The notes under the pieces: generated by a model
Seen by the model: the letters and a program-made list of their open reading frames with translations, nothing else
What the model was told of the DNA's origin: nothing
Database searches by the model: none
Program-made: the position numbers and the translations under genes
Assembly: GCA_965222075.1 (NCBI GenBank)
Contig: OZ244937.1
Coordinates: 800,001 to 864,000, forward strand
Reading direction: 5' to 3'
DNA from: Candidatus Latescibacterota bacterium
GTDB lineage: Bacteria; Latescibacterota; UBA2968; GCA-2709665
Length of the DNA: 64,000 bases
Part shown: piece by piece, positions 28,011 to 37,618 of the stretch
How the letters are laid out: every line of letters begins with the position of its first letter
Numbering within the stretch: position 1 is the stretch's first letter

Positions 28011-30128
28011 CTACGCTTTATGGTTTTTCTTTTCGTCTTTGCGGTGAATCAGAAGGTTTCCGTTTTCATCTATCCGGGCGCTGACCCGGGGTTCCAGCCA
28101 GATGGTGGTGTCGGGCTGCTCAATGACGGCCGGGCCGGAGAGGCTGGCGTTCCAGGGGAGCAGGGAGCGCTCGTAGATGGGGCACTTTACGAACCGGTCT
28201 TCTACGTAGACGGGCCGGGCGCCTTTGAGGGCGTCCTGCAAGGTGGTGTCCGGTCTGGGCAGGAAGTCTTTCAGGGCCAGGTCAGGCGGAATGCCGATGA
28301 CCGAGGTGCGGAGGTTCAACAGGCGGATGGGGATGCGGTCCAGGAGGGTGTCCAGTTCGCCGAATCCCCCTTCCACCTGGCCGTAGTGGCGCAGGTAGGC
28401 GCTGCGGAAACTGTCTGCGATTCGTTCCCGGGAAAGGGGGCCGGAGGGGAGCGGCGTGCGGATCACGTGGGTCTGCCCCTCATAGGAGATGTCGGCTTCT
28501 CTTACCACGTTTACCCGGATAAGCGGGAGGTTTTCCCGTTTGACAAAGGCCTCTCCATCGGTGAGGTGTCCGGCGAAAGTGTCTTCTATTTCTGCGGGGT
28601 CAACCTCTGAAAGGCGGCGGTTGAGCATGGTGACGAAGTCGCGCCGGAGGTTGGCGATGGCACAGCCCCAGGCGGAGGCGATGCCGGGATAGTAGGGGAC
28701 GATGCCCCGGCCGATGCCCAGTTCCCGGAGGAGGAAGCTGGCCATCAGCGGGCCTCCGCCGCCGAAGGAGAAGAGGGCAAAATCCCTCGGGTCGTGGCCC
28801 CGGTCGATGGAGAGGCGTCGGATGCTGCCTGCGATCCGGTTGTTGGCAACGGCGATGATGGCTGCGGCCGCCTCTTCGGGGGAGAGGTCCAGTTTTTTGC
28901 CGATCCGCTCGGCGACGACGGAACGGGCGCGGTCGAGGTCAAGCCTGCCTGCCGAGCCGAGCTCGGCGCAGGCAGGCGAAAACCCGGCGCCTCCGGCGAT
29001 GGGGTAGTCCGGGTTGATCCTGCCCAGGATGAGGTTGGCGTCGGTGACGGTCGGTTCGGTCCCGCCGTAGCAGACCGGCCCGGGCTCGGCCCCGGCGCTT
29101 TCCGGCCCCACCTGGAGGATGCCCCCCCGGTCGATGCGGGCGATGCTGCCGCCTCCCGCGCCGATGGTGTGGATGTCGATTAAGGAGAGCATGATCGGGA
29201 TGCCGAATTCCAGTTCCGTGCCGTTTGAAAGGACCGGTTCGCCCTGGAATACCATCGATACGTCGAGGCTGGTGCCGCCCATGTCGCAGGTGATGAGGTT
29301 CTGAAAGCCGCTCTCACCGGCAATTTGGGTGGCCGCGATGACCCCGGCCGCAGGGCCGGAGAGGATGGTGTTTACCGACAGTTCCCGGGTGTCTTCTGCG
29401 GACATCATGCCGCCGCTGGACTGCATGATCAGAAGGTCCCTGCGGTATTCCCGTTCCCTCAGGCGCGCCTGGAGGTTTGCCAGGTAGCGGCTGACCACAG
29501 GCTGGACATAGGCGTTGACCACCGCGGTGCTGGTCCGTTCAAATTCCCGGAAGAGGGGGAGGATGTCCGCCGAGGCGACGATGTGGAGGTCGGGCCAGCG
29601 CGCTTCCAGGAGGGCTTTGGCCTGGCGTTCGTGGGTGGGGTTGATATAGGCGTTTATGAAGCTGATGACGATGGCTTCGACGCCGTCGGCGGCGAGGCGT
29701 TCGGCGGCTTTTATGAGGTCTGAGGTGTCTAAGGGGGTGAGGATCTCTCCTTCTGCGGAGGTCCGCTCGGAGACCTCGCAGCGGCGGTGCCGGGGGATGA
29801 GCGGTTCGTAGGATCCGGTCAGTCCATAGAGGTGGGGCCGGTCCCGGCGCCGCAGTTCCAGAACGTCCCGGAAACCGCGGGTTGCGATGAGGCCGCAACG
29901 CCCGCCCTTTCGCTCCAGGATGGCGTTGGTGGCCACGGTGGTGCCGTGGATGATCAGTTCGACCTCGGGATAAGAGACCCGGAGCGCATCGAGGCCGGCG
30001 ATCAGGCCGTCGGATGGGTCGTGGGGCGTGGTGGAGATCTTTCCGATCCGGAGGGATTGACGGTGGGTGTCCAGGAGGATGATATCGGTGAAGGTGCCTC
30101 CGATATCGACGCCGATGAGGTTTCCCAT
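28011..30128 (-). CDS. Hydantoinase A/oxoprolinase family protein
   Basis: GVDIGGTFTD, HGTTVATN, SGPAAG, DMGGTS, IGAGGGS, GPESAG, PTVTDA. Confidence 0.94.
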   Translation of the reverse strand: MGNLIGVDIGGTFTDIILLDTHRQSLRIGKISTTPHDPSDGLIAGLDALRVSYPEVELIIHGTTVATNAILERKGGRCGLIATRGFRDVLELRRRDRPHLYGLTGSYEPLIPRHRRCEVSERTSAEGEILTPLDTSDLIKAAERLAADGVEAIVISFINAYINPTHERQAKALLEARWPDLHIVASADILPLFREFERTSTAVVNAYVQPVVSRYLANLQARLREREYRRDLLIMQSSGGMMSAEDTRELSVNTILSGPAAGVIAATQIAGESGFQNLITCDMGGTSLDVSMVFQGEPVLSNGTELEFGIPIMLSLIDIHTIGAGGGSIARIDRGGILQVGPESAGAEPGPVCYGGTEPTVTDANLILGRINPDYPIAGGAGFSPACAELGSAGRLDLDRARSVVAERIGKKLDLSPEEAAAAIIAVANNRIAGSIRRLSIDRGHDPRDFALFSFGGGGPLMASFLLRELGIGRGIVPYYPGIASAWGCAIANLRRDFVTMLNRRLSEVDPAEIEDTFAGHLTDGEAFVKRENLPLIRVNVVREADISYEGQTHVIRTPLPSGPLSRERIADSFRSAYLRHYGQVEGGFGELDTLLDRIPIRLLNLRTSVIGIPPDLALKDFLPRPDTTLQDALKGARPVYVEDRFVKCPIYERSLLPWNASLSGPAVIEQPDTTIWLEPRVSARIDENGNLLIHRKDEKKNHKA
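28944..28976. repeat. 33-bp CCTGCC...GGCAGG palindrome in frame inside hydantoinase A
   Basis: CCTGCCTGC-CGAGCCGAGCTCGGC-GCAGGCAGG; encodes PACAELGSAGR on the coding strand. Confidence 0.85.
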
Positions 30129-30191
30129 AGGCAGGTGTTCCGATAAATATTTCAGGCCCGGTGGCGGATCCGGATGGCCGGACGCCCGGCA

Positions 30192-30216
30192 GGGCGATCA
30201 CAGGGATCGCCCCTAC
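30192..30216 (-). repeat. GTAG-type REP
   Basis: GTAGGGGCGATCCCTGTGATCGCCC; its TAG is the stop codon of the TlpA gene. Confidence 0.8.
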
Positions 30217-30800
30217 ATGGGATGCCCTGTGTGGTTTTCAAGGAGCTTCTCGACCTGCTGCTCGATGCGTTTTTCTCCACCGGGGCTGTAGCCGAGCTGG
30301 TGGAACTGTACGGCGCCCTCCCGGTCGATGAGGTAGACGACCGGGATTCCCCCGACTTTGTAGGCGGACTCGACCTTTCCATCGGCGAAGAGGACCGGAA
30401 ACGTATAGCCGTGCTGCTCCACGAAGGGCCGTACCTTCTCCTTTTCCCGGTCGGTGCTGATGGCCAGGACCACCAGCCCCTTATCCCGGTACTGCTCGTG
30501 AAACCGCTGGATGTGGGGGAGTTCCTTCAGGCAGGGGGGGCACCAGGTGGCCCAGAAGTCGACCAGGACGACCTTGCCCCGCTGGTCGGTGAGGTTGATT
30601 TCGTTTCCGTCCAGGTCCTTCAGCGCAAAAACAGGGGCCGGTTCTCCGGTTGGGACGCCCGGTCCGGATGAACGCGCTTCCGGTGAACGGATCGAGATCT
30701 CCGTCTTTCTCGCATCGCTGCCCACCTTGCCGCTCACTACGACCACAGCCAGGCCGATCAGGATACACAGCGCCACTCCCGCGCCCTTTTCGGTTGACAT
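30213..30800 (-). CDS. TlpA family thiol-disulfide oxidoreductase
   Basis: N-terminal anchor, APVFALKDLDG, FWATWCPPC, GIPVVYLID. Confidence 0.93.
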   Translation of the reverse strand: MSTEKGAGVALCILIGLAVVVVSGKVGSDARKTEISIRSPEARSSGPGVPTGEPAPVFALKDLDGNEINLTDQRGKVVLVDFWATWCPPCLKELPHIQRFHEQYRDKGLVVLAISTDREKEKVRPFVEQHGYTFPVLFADGKVESAYKVGGIPVVYLIDREGAVQFHQLGYSPGGEKRIEQQVEKLLENHTGHPM

Positions 30801-30842
30801 ATCGATTCCCTCCTGTGTTGTATGAACCTGTTTTTTTCTTTT

Positions 30843-31604
30843 CTATCCCATCATCTGCTGGGTGGCATCCCAGATGGCGACTACCCCGACGATCATCCCC
30901 AGAACCAGGATCCAGTACATTGCACCGATGAGGGCGGCTTTGCGCATAGGGCATCCATAGACCCGCTGTACGCCGATGATGGCCAGCACCAGTGACCAGA
31001 GTCCGAAGAGTTCAATTCTTCCAAAGAGGAACCGTAGAGGTATATTTTCCGCGATCAGGTCCGGAGACAGGCCTGCCAGGCTCGTTGGAGGCGCTATCGA
31101 AAACGTTGGGGACAGGTGGACTCCACCAAAGGCGATGACACAGGCCGTTACGATCCCTCCGAACAGAAATTCCGGAAGGGAGGCGTAACCCACGGCGGAC
31201 AGCAGGGGATAAAACCGGGTTTTCTCCCCGGAGATCCGGGCAAGGAGCCAGATGCATCCGGTCCGGACGACCCAGGCCCCGAGGTTGAACGCCAGAATGC
31301 CGACCACCATAAGAAACGGGATGATCATGATGATGATACGTGCAGAACCGGAGATCCCACCCCCGCTTCTGCTTATCCCCTCGAGAAACTTGCCGATTTC
31401 TGCCATCGAGCCGAGCAGGGCAAAGACCAACACGAGAAAGAACGGCGCGATCCAGTCCGGCTGTTCGGCCACGTTCCGGAGGGCGTTGCCCGGAGCGAGG
31501 AGCATGCCCCCCAGCCGCTCCCGGCGCCGGGCCAGGGGGATCAGGCAGGCCAGCGTGCCCAGACCAAGCACACCCAGTGCCGCTATGAAGGGCCACATGG
31601 CCAT
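30843..31604 (-). CDS. Yip1 family membrane protein
   Basis: Multiple TM helices, LLAPG...PDW, VGYASLP, LWSLVL..IG. Confidence 0.7.
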   Translation of the reverse strand: MAMWPFIAALGVLGLGTLACLIPLARRRERLGGMLLAPGNALRNVAEQPDWIAPFFLVLVFALLGSMAEIGKFLEGISRSGGGISGSARIIIMIIPFLMVVGILAFNLGAWVVRTGCIWLLARISGEKTRFYPLLSAVGYASLPEFLFGGIVTACVIAFGGVHLSPTFSIAPPTSLAGLSPDLIAENIPLRFLFGRIELFGLWSLVLAIIGVQRVYGCPMRKAALIGAMYWILVLGMIVGVVAIWDATQQMMG

Positions 31605-31672
31605 AAGCTCACGCCTCAAAATAGTGCCCCGGGTTCGCCAGGGGCGGGTTGAGCCGTTCTGCGGTCGGCATT

Positions 31673-32815
31673 TTAGATGTAGCCCGTGGCGCCGTCGGGC
31701 CGGATTGGCGCGGTGCGCTGCCAGTGGACGTATTTGCTGTTTTTGATCGCGTCTTCGTTCACCTCAATGCCCAGGCCGGGCCGGTCCCGGAGTTCGAGGT
31801 AGCCGTCTTTGGGCAGGTAGGGTTCGTCCACCCAGTCTTTCCATTCCGATTGCGTTGGATCGATGTATTCCAGGATGAGGAAGTTGTGGATGGAGGCTGC
31901 GAAGTGGACGTTTACCGCTGTTGCAATCGGGCCCATCGGGTTGTGGGGCGCTACGGTAACGTAGTGGGCCGCTGCGATGGCCGCGATGTTGCGCATCTCC
32001 AGCAGGCCGCCGCAGATGCAGACGTCGGGCTGGACGATGTCGGCGGCCTGAGCGGCGATCAGGTCGAGGAACTCGAACCGCATGTAGAGGGACTCACCTG
32101 TGGCCAGGGGGACCTGCATCTGCTGGCGCAGCCTGGACCAGGCGGGGATGTGCTCCGGGCGCAGGGGCTCTTCGTAGAAGAGGGGGTCGTAGGGCGCCAG
32201 GGCGTTGGCGAGCTGCAGCGCCCGGATGGGTTCGAAGATCTTGGCGTGGGGATCGAAGGCGAATTCCCAGTCTGCGGGGGTGTGTTTGCGCAGTCCTTCG
32301 AAATAGTCGGCCGCGGCATTGCAGACCAGGCCCCAGCGCGCATCGTCGGGAGGCATCCGGTAGGGGCTGGTTTTGAAGGCGGTGAATCCCCATTTCTCGT
32401 GCAGCCTGTGGGCATGCTCCGCTGCCTCCTCGGCGGTCTTCCCGCCCGCGCCCTGGTAGACGCGCACCCGGTCGCGCACGTTGCCCCCCAAAAGCATGTA
32501 GACCGGCAGGCCGGCGGCCTTGCCGCTGATATCCCAGAGGGCGTGCTCGATGCCGGAGATGGCGGCCAGTCCCGTGCCTCCGGGTGGAAACCGGAGCTGC
32601 TGGTGGGTCACCATCATCAGGTATTCGATGCGGCGGGGGTCTTCCCCCACAAACCAGGTGGCGAGGTAGTCCACAATGGGCGCTACGGAGAGGTCCGGAC
32701 CGACAGAGTAAGCCTCGCCCCAGCCGACGATGCCCTCGTCGGTTTCTACCTTGATCAACACCCGGGTGCGGTTGCTGAAGGTGGAGAGGAAGGTTTTGAT
32801 GGCGGTGATTTTCAT
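31673..32815 (-). CDS. Mandelate racemase/enolase-superfamily acid-sugar dehydratase (DgoD-like)
   Basis: ETDEGIVGWGE, ALWDISGK, FDPH, YEEP, ATGE, QPD, APHNP. Confidence 0.92.
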   Translation of the reverse strand: MKITAIKTFLSTFSNRTRVLIKVETDEGIVGWGEAYSVGPDLSVAPIVDYLATWFVGEDPRRIEYLMMVTHQQLRFPPGGTGLAAISGIEHALWDISGKAAGLPVYMLLGGNVRDRVRVYQGAGGKTAEEAAEHAHRLHEKWGFTAFKTSPYRMPPDDARWGLVCNAAADYFEGLRKHTPADWEFAFDPHAKIFEPIRALQLANALAPYDPLFYEEPLRPEHIPAWSRLRQQMQVPLATGESLYMRFEFLDLIAAQAADIVQPDVCICGGLLEMRNIAAIAAAHYVTVAPHNPMGPIATAVNVHFAASIHNFLILEYIDPTQSEWKDWVDEPYLPKDGYLELRDRPGLGIEVNEDAIKNSKYVHWQRTAPIRPDGATGYI

Positions 32816-33041
32816 GTTTTGGGAGTCTCCTTACAGTAGGGCATGGCATGCGTGCGCTTACGTTGGATGGTGGTTGATGATGCTTAAACATAACGATTCT
32901 TCAGGGACCAAGTCAAGGGAAAGGTGCCCGGATAAGAGGAGGCTGTGGGGTTTCTTTTCAGATTGACGCTGATGCGGAATTCTTTTAGATTGGGATAAGA
33001 AACTGTTGCGTCCGGAAGTGATATGAGGAGGGAAAGCGCGT

Positions 33042-33695
33042 ATGGATCTTCTGATTACGGGGGCGGACCGGCCGCTGGGCCGGCTTGCCGCCGAGCATTT
33101 TAAGGAGGCGCACCGCCTTCGGCTGACCGGAGCCGAGCCGTCTGCGCCTGGGGGTGAATACCGGCCCGCCGACCTGCGCGAGCCGGAGGAGGTGGCGCGC
33201 CTTGTTGAGGGTGTGCAGGCTATTTTGCACCTGGCGGTGTACGATCCGACGCCTCTGTCCGGTCCGGGGGCCGAACAGGCGCGGCTCGAGGTGGCCGCCA
33301 GGGGGACGTACGTCCTGCTTTGCGAGGCCCGAAAGGCAGGGGTCGAGCGGGTTGTGCTGGCCAGCCGGCTGGCGCTGATGGAGGCCTATCCGGAAGACTA
33401 CGTGGTGGATGAAAACTGGCAGCCGAAGCCTGAGGCCGATGCGGAGTCGCTGGCGCCCTATCTGAGCGAGATTGTCTGCCGGGAATTCGCCCGCGAGGGA
33501 GGCATCCATACGATCTGCCTGCGGTTGGGAGCGCCGGGAGAGGCGGATGCGGATGTTCTGCAGGCGCTGGACGGTTCGCTGGCGCTGGGTTTTGAGAATC
33601 CGGGGTACCGTTGGCATCTGTTTCACATCTCACGGTCGGCGCGGTTTCCCATGGGGGCGGGGGCGCTTGGGTTTGAACAGAAGGGAGGCGCCTGA
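33042..33695 (+). CDS. NAD-dependent epimerase/dehydratase-fold protein, degenerate
   Basis: LLITGA, ADLR, ILHLA, RVVLAS, ICLRLG; lacks YxxxK. Confidence 0.75.
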   Translation: MDLLITGADRPLGRLAAEHFKEAHRLRLTGAEPSAPGGEYRPADLREPEEVARLVEGVQAILHLAVYDPTPLSGPGAEQARLEVAARGTYVLLCEARKAGVERVVLASRLALMEAYPEDYVVDENWQPKPEADAESLAPYLSEIVCREFAREGGIHTICLRLGAPGEADADVLQALDGSLALGFENPGYRWHLFHISRSARFPMGAGALGFEQKGGA

Positions 33696-34489
33696 TGCCT
33701 GGAATCGAGCAGGGCAAGGTCTGCATCTTCGGCGCGGGAGGGCCTGTGGGCGCCTCGGCGGCACGGGCGCTGAAGGAGGACTATACGTTGCGGCTGACGG
33801 ATATTCGAGAGATCGAGGAGATTCGGGAGCCGCAGTCTCCGCACGCCCCGATGCCCGCCCGGCCGGAGCCGCCCCACGAGTGGCGGCAGGTGGACGTGGC
33901 CGATTATGACCAGGTCCTGGCTGCTGCGGAGGGCATGGACGCCCTGATCAATGTGACGGTGATCAGGCCGGAACTGGTGGGGGCTTTCCAGGTGAGCATG
34001 GTCGGGGCCTACAATGTGATGAAGGCCGCCGCCGAATGCGGGATCAGGCGTGTGATCCACACCGGCCCCAGGCACCTCTACGTGGGGTTTGAGGGAGACT
34101 ACAAAAACGATTTTGACCTCCCGGACGACGTGCCCCTCCATCCCGGAGCCAATCTCTATGCGCTGACCAAACACCTTGGAGGACAGATTGTGAGGGTGTT
34201 TGCCGAACAGCACGGGATCGAGGTGGTCTGTTTCCTGTACTGCAACTTCCGGCCGGGAGACGGGGGAGACGCCGAAGACGGGAGCGGGGTGGGGCCGTTC
34301 ACGACGTCGTGGGAGGATACGGGGGATGCGTTTTGGTACGGGCTTCGAGCGCCGTCGCTGCCCAGGCCGTACGAGGTGTTCGATATCTGCGCCAGACTGC
34401 CGCACGGGATGTACGGCACAGACAAGGCGGAACGGCTGCTGGGGTGGACGCCGAAGTACGATTTCGAGCGGCTGTATCGGAGAAGATAA
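33695..34489 (+). CDS. NAD(P)-dependent oxidoreductase (uronate dehydrogenase-like extended SDR)
   Basis: GAGGPVG, LRLTD, GAYNV, YALTK, KAERLLGWTP; TGATG overlap with upstream gene. Confidence 0.85.
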   Translation: MPGIEQGKVCIFGAGGPVGASAARALKEDYTLRLTDIREIEEIREPQSPHAPMPARPEPPHEWRQVDVADYDQVLAAAEGMDALINVTVIRPELVGAFQVSMVGAYNVMKAAAECGIRRVIHTGPRHLYVGFEGDYKNDFDLPDDVPLHPGANLYALTKHLGGQIVRVFAEQHGIEVVCFLYCNFRPGDGGDAEDGSGVGPFTTSWEDTGDAFWYGLRAPSLPRPYEVFDICARLPHGMYGTDKAERLLGWTPKYDFERLYRRR

Positions 34490-34503
34490 AAGGCGGAGGG
34501 ACG

Positions 34504-35241
34504 ATGCCGAGGAGCCGCTGTCATTTTGCCCTGCTGTCTGCGCTGCACAAGAGGCTCCGGGTTGAACAGCCGGAGGCCGCGGCGCTTGCAGACCGGCATC
34601 TGTCCGATTTTGTGGCGGGATCAACAGCGCCGGACGGACTGCGTTATGTGGGGAAAGCGGGGAAGCTGGCGACTCATTTTTATACGGACGAGCAGGAGGA
34701 GACCTGGGGACAGGCGGTGGCCGGGATGTTCCGCGAGCACCCGGACCTGGCCGACCCGAACCGCCTGCGGGAGCCGGATCTGGCGCTGGTGCTGGGGTAT
34801 ATTTCACACTTGACGGTGGACGAGGCATTCCGGGATGTGGTGACCTCCCAGCTTCACGGGATGGCGGACTGGCGGCCGGTAGTGCAGGGGTTGTGGTCGA
34901 TGGTGGATGAGCTTCCAATCGGCTATTCCGGCGTTGTGAGCGCGATCGATCGGTTTTCCCGGAAGGACCAGGTCGGATTTATCGACTGCGGGATGGTGGG
35001 GGAGTTCCTGGCGCTGATCCGGCCCTGGGCAACCGAAGAAGATCCCTGGGGGTTGGAGCGCATTTTTTTAACGCTGATCCGGAGCCGGATGCCCTTAGAG
35101 GAAGCCCGGCAAAGGTGGGAGGCAAACCGACAGCGGGCAGCCGCGTTTATGGACGATGCACGGCGGGAACGGTTTGTGGGTGAAGCCCTGCGGATGGGGG
35201 CTGAGGAGATGGTGCGGTATTTGGAAAGCGGGTACATCTGA
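34504..35241 (+). CDS. Zinc-dependent phospholipase C family protein
   Basis: N-terminal His, FVAGSTAPD, THF, GYISHLTVD. Confidence 0.7.
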   Translation: MPRSRCHFALLSALHKRLRVEQPEAAALADRHLSDFVAGSTAPDGLRYVGKAGKLATHFYTDEQEETWGQAVAGMFREHPDLADPNRLREPDLALVLGYISHLTVDEAFRDVVTSQLHGMADWRPVVQGLWSMVDELPIGYSGVVSAIDRFSRKDQVGFIDCGMVGEFLALIRPWATEEDPWGLERIFLTLIRSRMPLEEARQRWEANRQRAAAFMDDARRERFVGEALRMGAEEMVRYLESGYI

Positions 35242-35347
35242 AGCTATACGATCGCAATAGGGCTTGCTCTGTGAAGGCGATGATCCTATTTTATATTTCT
35301 GCTGTTCGGTAGTTCAGGTCGAGGATATTCATCCGGAGGAGGGGCGT

Positions 35348-35734
35348 ATGCACATTGAGCACGTGGCGTTTCTGGTGGACGATCCGAATGGAATGGCGGA
35401 CTGGTATTGCGAGCACCTGGGCATGAAGGTCGTTCGAAAAGGGGGGCCGCCGAACCATATGACGTTTTTGATGGACGAGGCGGGACGCACCATGTTTGAG
35501 ATCTATACACGGGGCGATTTGGAGACGCCCGATTATGCCTCCATGCATCCCTCGGTTTTGCATTTTGCCTTTCATACGGACGACGTGCCGGGCGATCGAG
35601 GGCGGTTGATCGCCGCTGGGGCCACGCCTGTGGATGAGATTTCCGTGACGGATGCGGGCGATGAAATGACGATGCTGCGAGATCCCTGGGGGGTGGTTAT
35701 CCAGGTGCTGAAGCGCAAGGAGCCGATGCTTTAG
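35348..35734 (+). CDS. VOC (glyoxalase) family protein
   Basis: IEHVAF, WY...LG, LHFAF, LRDPWG; GGAGG RBS. Confidence 0.9.
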   Translation: MHIEHVAFLVDDPNGMADWYCEHLGMKVVRKGGPPNHMTFLMDEAGRTMFEIYTRGDLETPDYASMHPSVLHFAFHTDDVPGDRGRLIAAGATPVDEISVTDAGDEMTMLRDPWGVVIQVLKRKEPML

Positions 35735-35750
35735 GCACTGAATAGGAGGC

Positions 35751-36800
35751 GTGATGCCCGTTGTTGAGGTTGGGAGATTGGAGCGGGATTGTGCGCGGGT
35801 CTTTGAAGGGGCCGGGCTGTCGGGCGAGGAGGCCCAACGGGTGGCCCATTCGCTGGTGCTGTCCAATTTGATGGGGCACGATTCGCACGGTGTGATCCGG
35901 GTCGCGCAGTATGTTCAGGCGATTCAGGATGGGATTGTCAAGGCAGGACAGAGAATCAGGGTGGTGAGGGAAGCAGATGCGTCGGCGGTGGTTGATGGCG
36001 GATGGGGGTTCGGGCAGACGGTCTGCCGGCAGGCGATGGATCTGGCCGTGCAGAAGGCAAAGGCCCGGTCGGTTGCCGCGGTGGAGCTGTTCAACAGCAG
36101 TCACATCGGACGGTTGGGCGAATATGTGGAGATCGCCGCGGAGGCGGGCACGATCGGGATTGTGATGTGCAATAACCACGGCGGCGGCCGGCTGCTGTCG
36201 CCTTTTGGAGGGATCGATTCCAGGATGTCTCCCAACCCCATCGCGGTTGGGGTGCCCACCGGCGGGGCGTACCCTATTGTGGTGGATATGACCACCAGTG
36301 TGGTCGCCGAGGGGAAGATCCGGGTGAAACGCAACCGCGGGGAGTCCCTGCCGGAGGGGTGGGCGATTGATGCGGAGGGAAATCCCGCGGTTGAGCCCGA
36401 CGACTTTTACGGGCCGCCCCGGGGCGCCATCCTGCCTTTTGGGGGGAATGCGGCGCATAAGGGCTACGCGCTGGCGGTCGTGATCGATATTCTTTCCGGG
36501 GCGCTGGGCGGAGGCGGGTGCAGCCGTGCAGGGGCGCCGTCGGGGGGCAACGGGGTTTTTCTGATGGCGATTCAGATCGAGGCCTTTACCGGGGCCGAGC
36601 GGTTCCGGCAGGAGGTGGATGCGTTTGTGGATTATCTGAAGTGTTCACGGCTGTTGCCCGGGTTCGATGAGGTCCTGGTGCCCGGAGAGGTTGAACACCG
36701 GTTGAGGGGCCAGCGGGAGGCCGAGGGGGTGGTTGTGGACGAGGAGACGTGGCGACAGATCCGGGAGACGGGAGAGAAGGTAGGGGTGGGGGTGGATTGA
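35751..36800 (+). CDS. Ldh_2 family oxidoreductase (AllD/ComC/YbiC-like)
   Basis: GHDSHG, VDGGWGFGQ, HIGRLG, NPIA, DMTTS, HKGYAL, VPGE. Confidence 0.92.
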   Translation: MMPVVEVGRLERDCARVFEGAGLSGEEAQRVAHSLVLSNLMGHDSHGVIRVAQYVQAIQDGIVKAGQRIRVVREADASAVVDGGWGFGQTVCRQAMDLAVQKAKARSVAAVELFNSSHIGRLGEYVEIAAEAGTIGIVMCNNHGGGRLLSPFGGIDSRMSPNPIAVGVPTGGAYPIVVDMTTSVVAEGKIRVKRNRGESLPEGWAIDAEGNPAVEPDDFYGPPRGAILPFGGNAAHKGYALAVVIDILSGALGGGGCSRAGAPSGGNGVFLMAIQIEAFTGAERFRQEVDAFVDYLKCSRLLPGFDEVLVPGEVEHRLRGQREAEGVVVDEETWRQIRETGEKVGVGVD

Positions 36801-36844
36801 AGGTTGAAGGTGGATATTCAGTTTTCCTCAGAAGGAGTTATGCT

Positions 36845-37618
36845 ATGCCGTCTATCAAGATTACGCTGCTTGGGCACGCATCGTTTCGGCTGGAGCCTGA
36901 TACTGGAGAAGTGCTCTATTTTGATCCCTGGCTGGATGACAACCCAACGTGCAGCCTCACGGTGGCGAATGTAGAAGCGGCGGACGTGGTGATTGCCACG
37001 CACGGGCACGACGACCATGTGGGGGATTCGTTTGCGGTCTGCAAAAAGACGGGTGCGACCTTTGTGGGGAATTATGAGCTTTGTCTGACGGCCGCGAAGA
37101 ACGGGCTGGAGATGGGGACGCAGGCCGTGCCGCTGAATCCGGGCGGTACGGTGGGGGTGAAGGGCATCCGGGTGACGGCGACACAGGCGTTTCATTCGCT
37201 GTCGATGTCGCCCAACCAGGCGCTGGGGCCGGAGCCGGACGAGGCTTACTTTCGTCCGGACGGGGCGGTGTGCGGGATGGTGATGGCGTTTGGGAACGGG
37301 ATTACGGTTTACGATACGGCGGATACGGCGGTGTTCAGCGATATGCAGCTGATCGGGCAAATGTACGGCCCGCAGGTGGCGATCCTGCCGGTTGGGGGAC
37401 TGTATACGATGGGCATCCGGGAAGGCGCACGGGCGGCGAGCCTGATCCGGCCGGATGTTGTGATTCCCTGCCACTACGGGGAGGCGCTGGGGCAGCCTGC
37501 GGATATCGACGCGTTGTCCGATGCGGTTTCTTTCCTGTCGCCCAATACGCAGGTCGTCAAGCTGGATCCGGGACAGTCGGTGACGTACACGGCAAGCCAC
37601 TTTGAAGTGGGAACATAA
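36845..37618 (+). CDS. Metal-dependent hydrolase, MBL fold (UPF0173-like)
   Basis: LGHASF, DPW, THGHDDH, LPVGGLYTM, IPCHY. Confidence 0.9.
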   Translation: MPSIKITLLGHASFRLEPDTGEVLYFDPWLDDNPTCSLTVANVEAADVVIATHGHDDHVGDSFAVCKKTGATFVGNYELCLTAAKNGLEMGTQAVPLNPGGTVGVKGIRVTATQAFHSLSMSPNQALGPEPDEAYFRPDGAVCGMVMAFGNGITVYDTADTAVFSDMQLIGQMYGPQVAILPVGGLYTMGIREGARAASLIRPDVVIPCHYGEALGQPADIDALSDAVSFLSPNTQVVKLDPGQSVTYTASHFEVGT

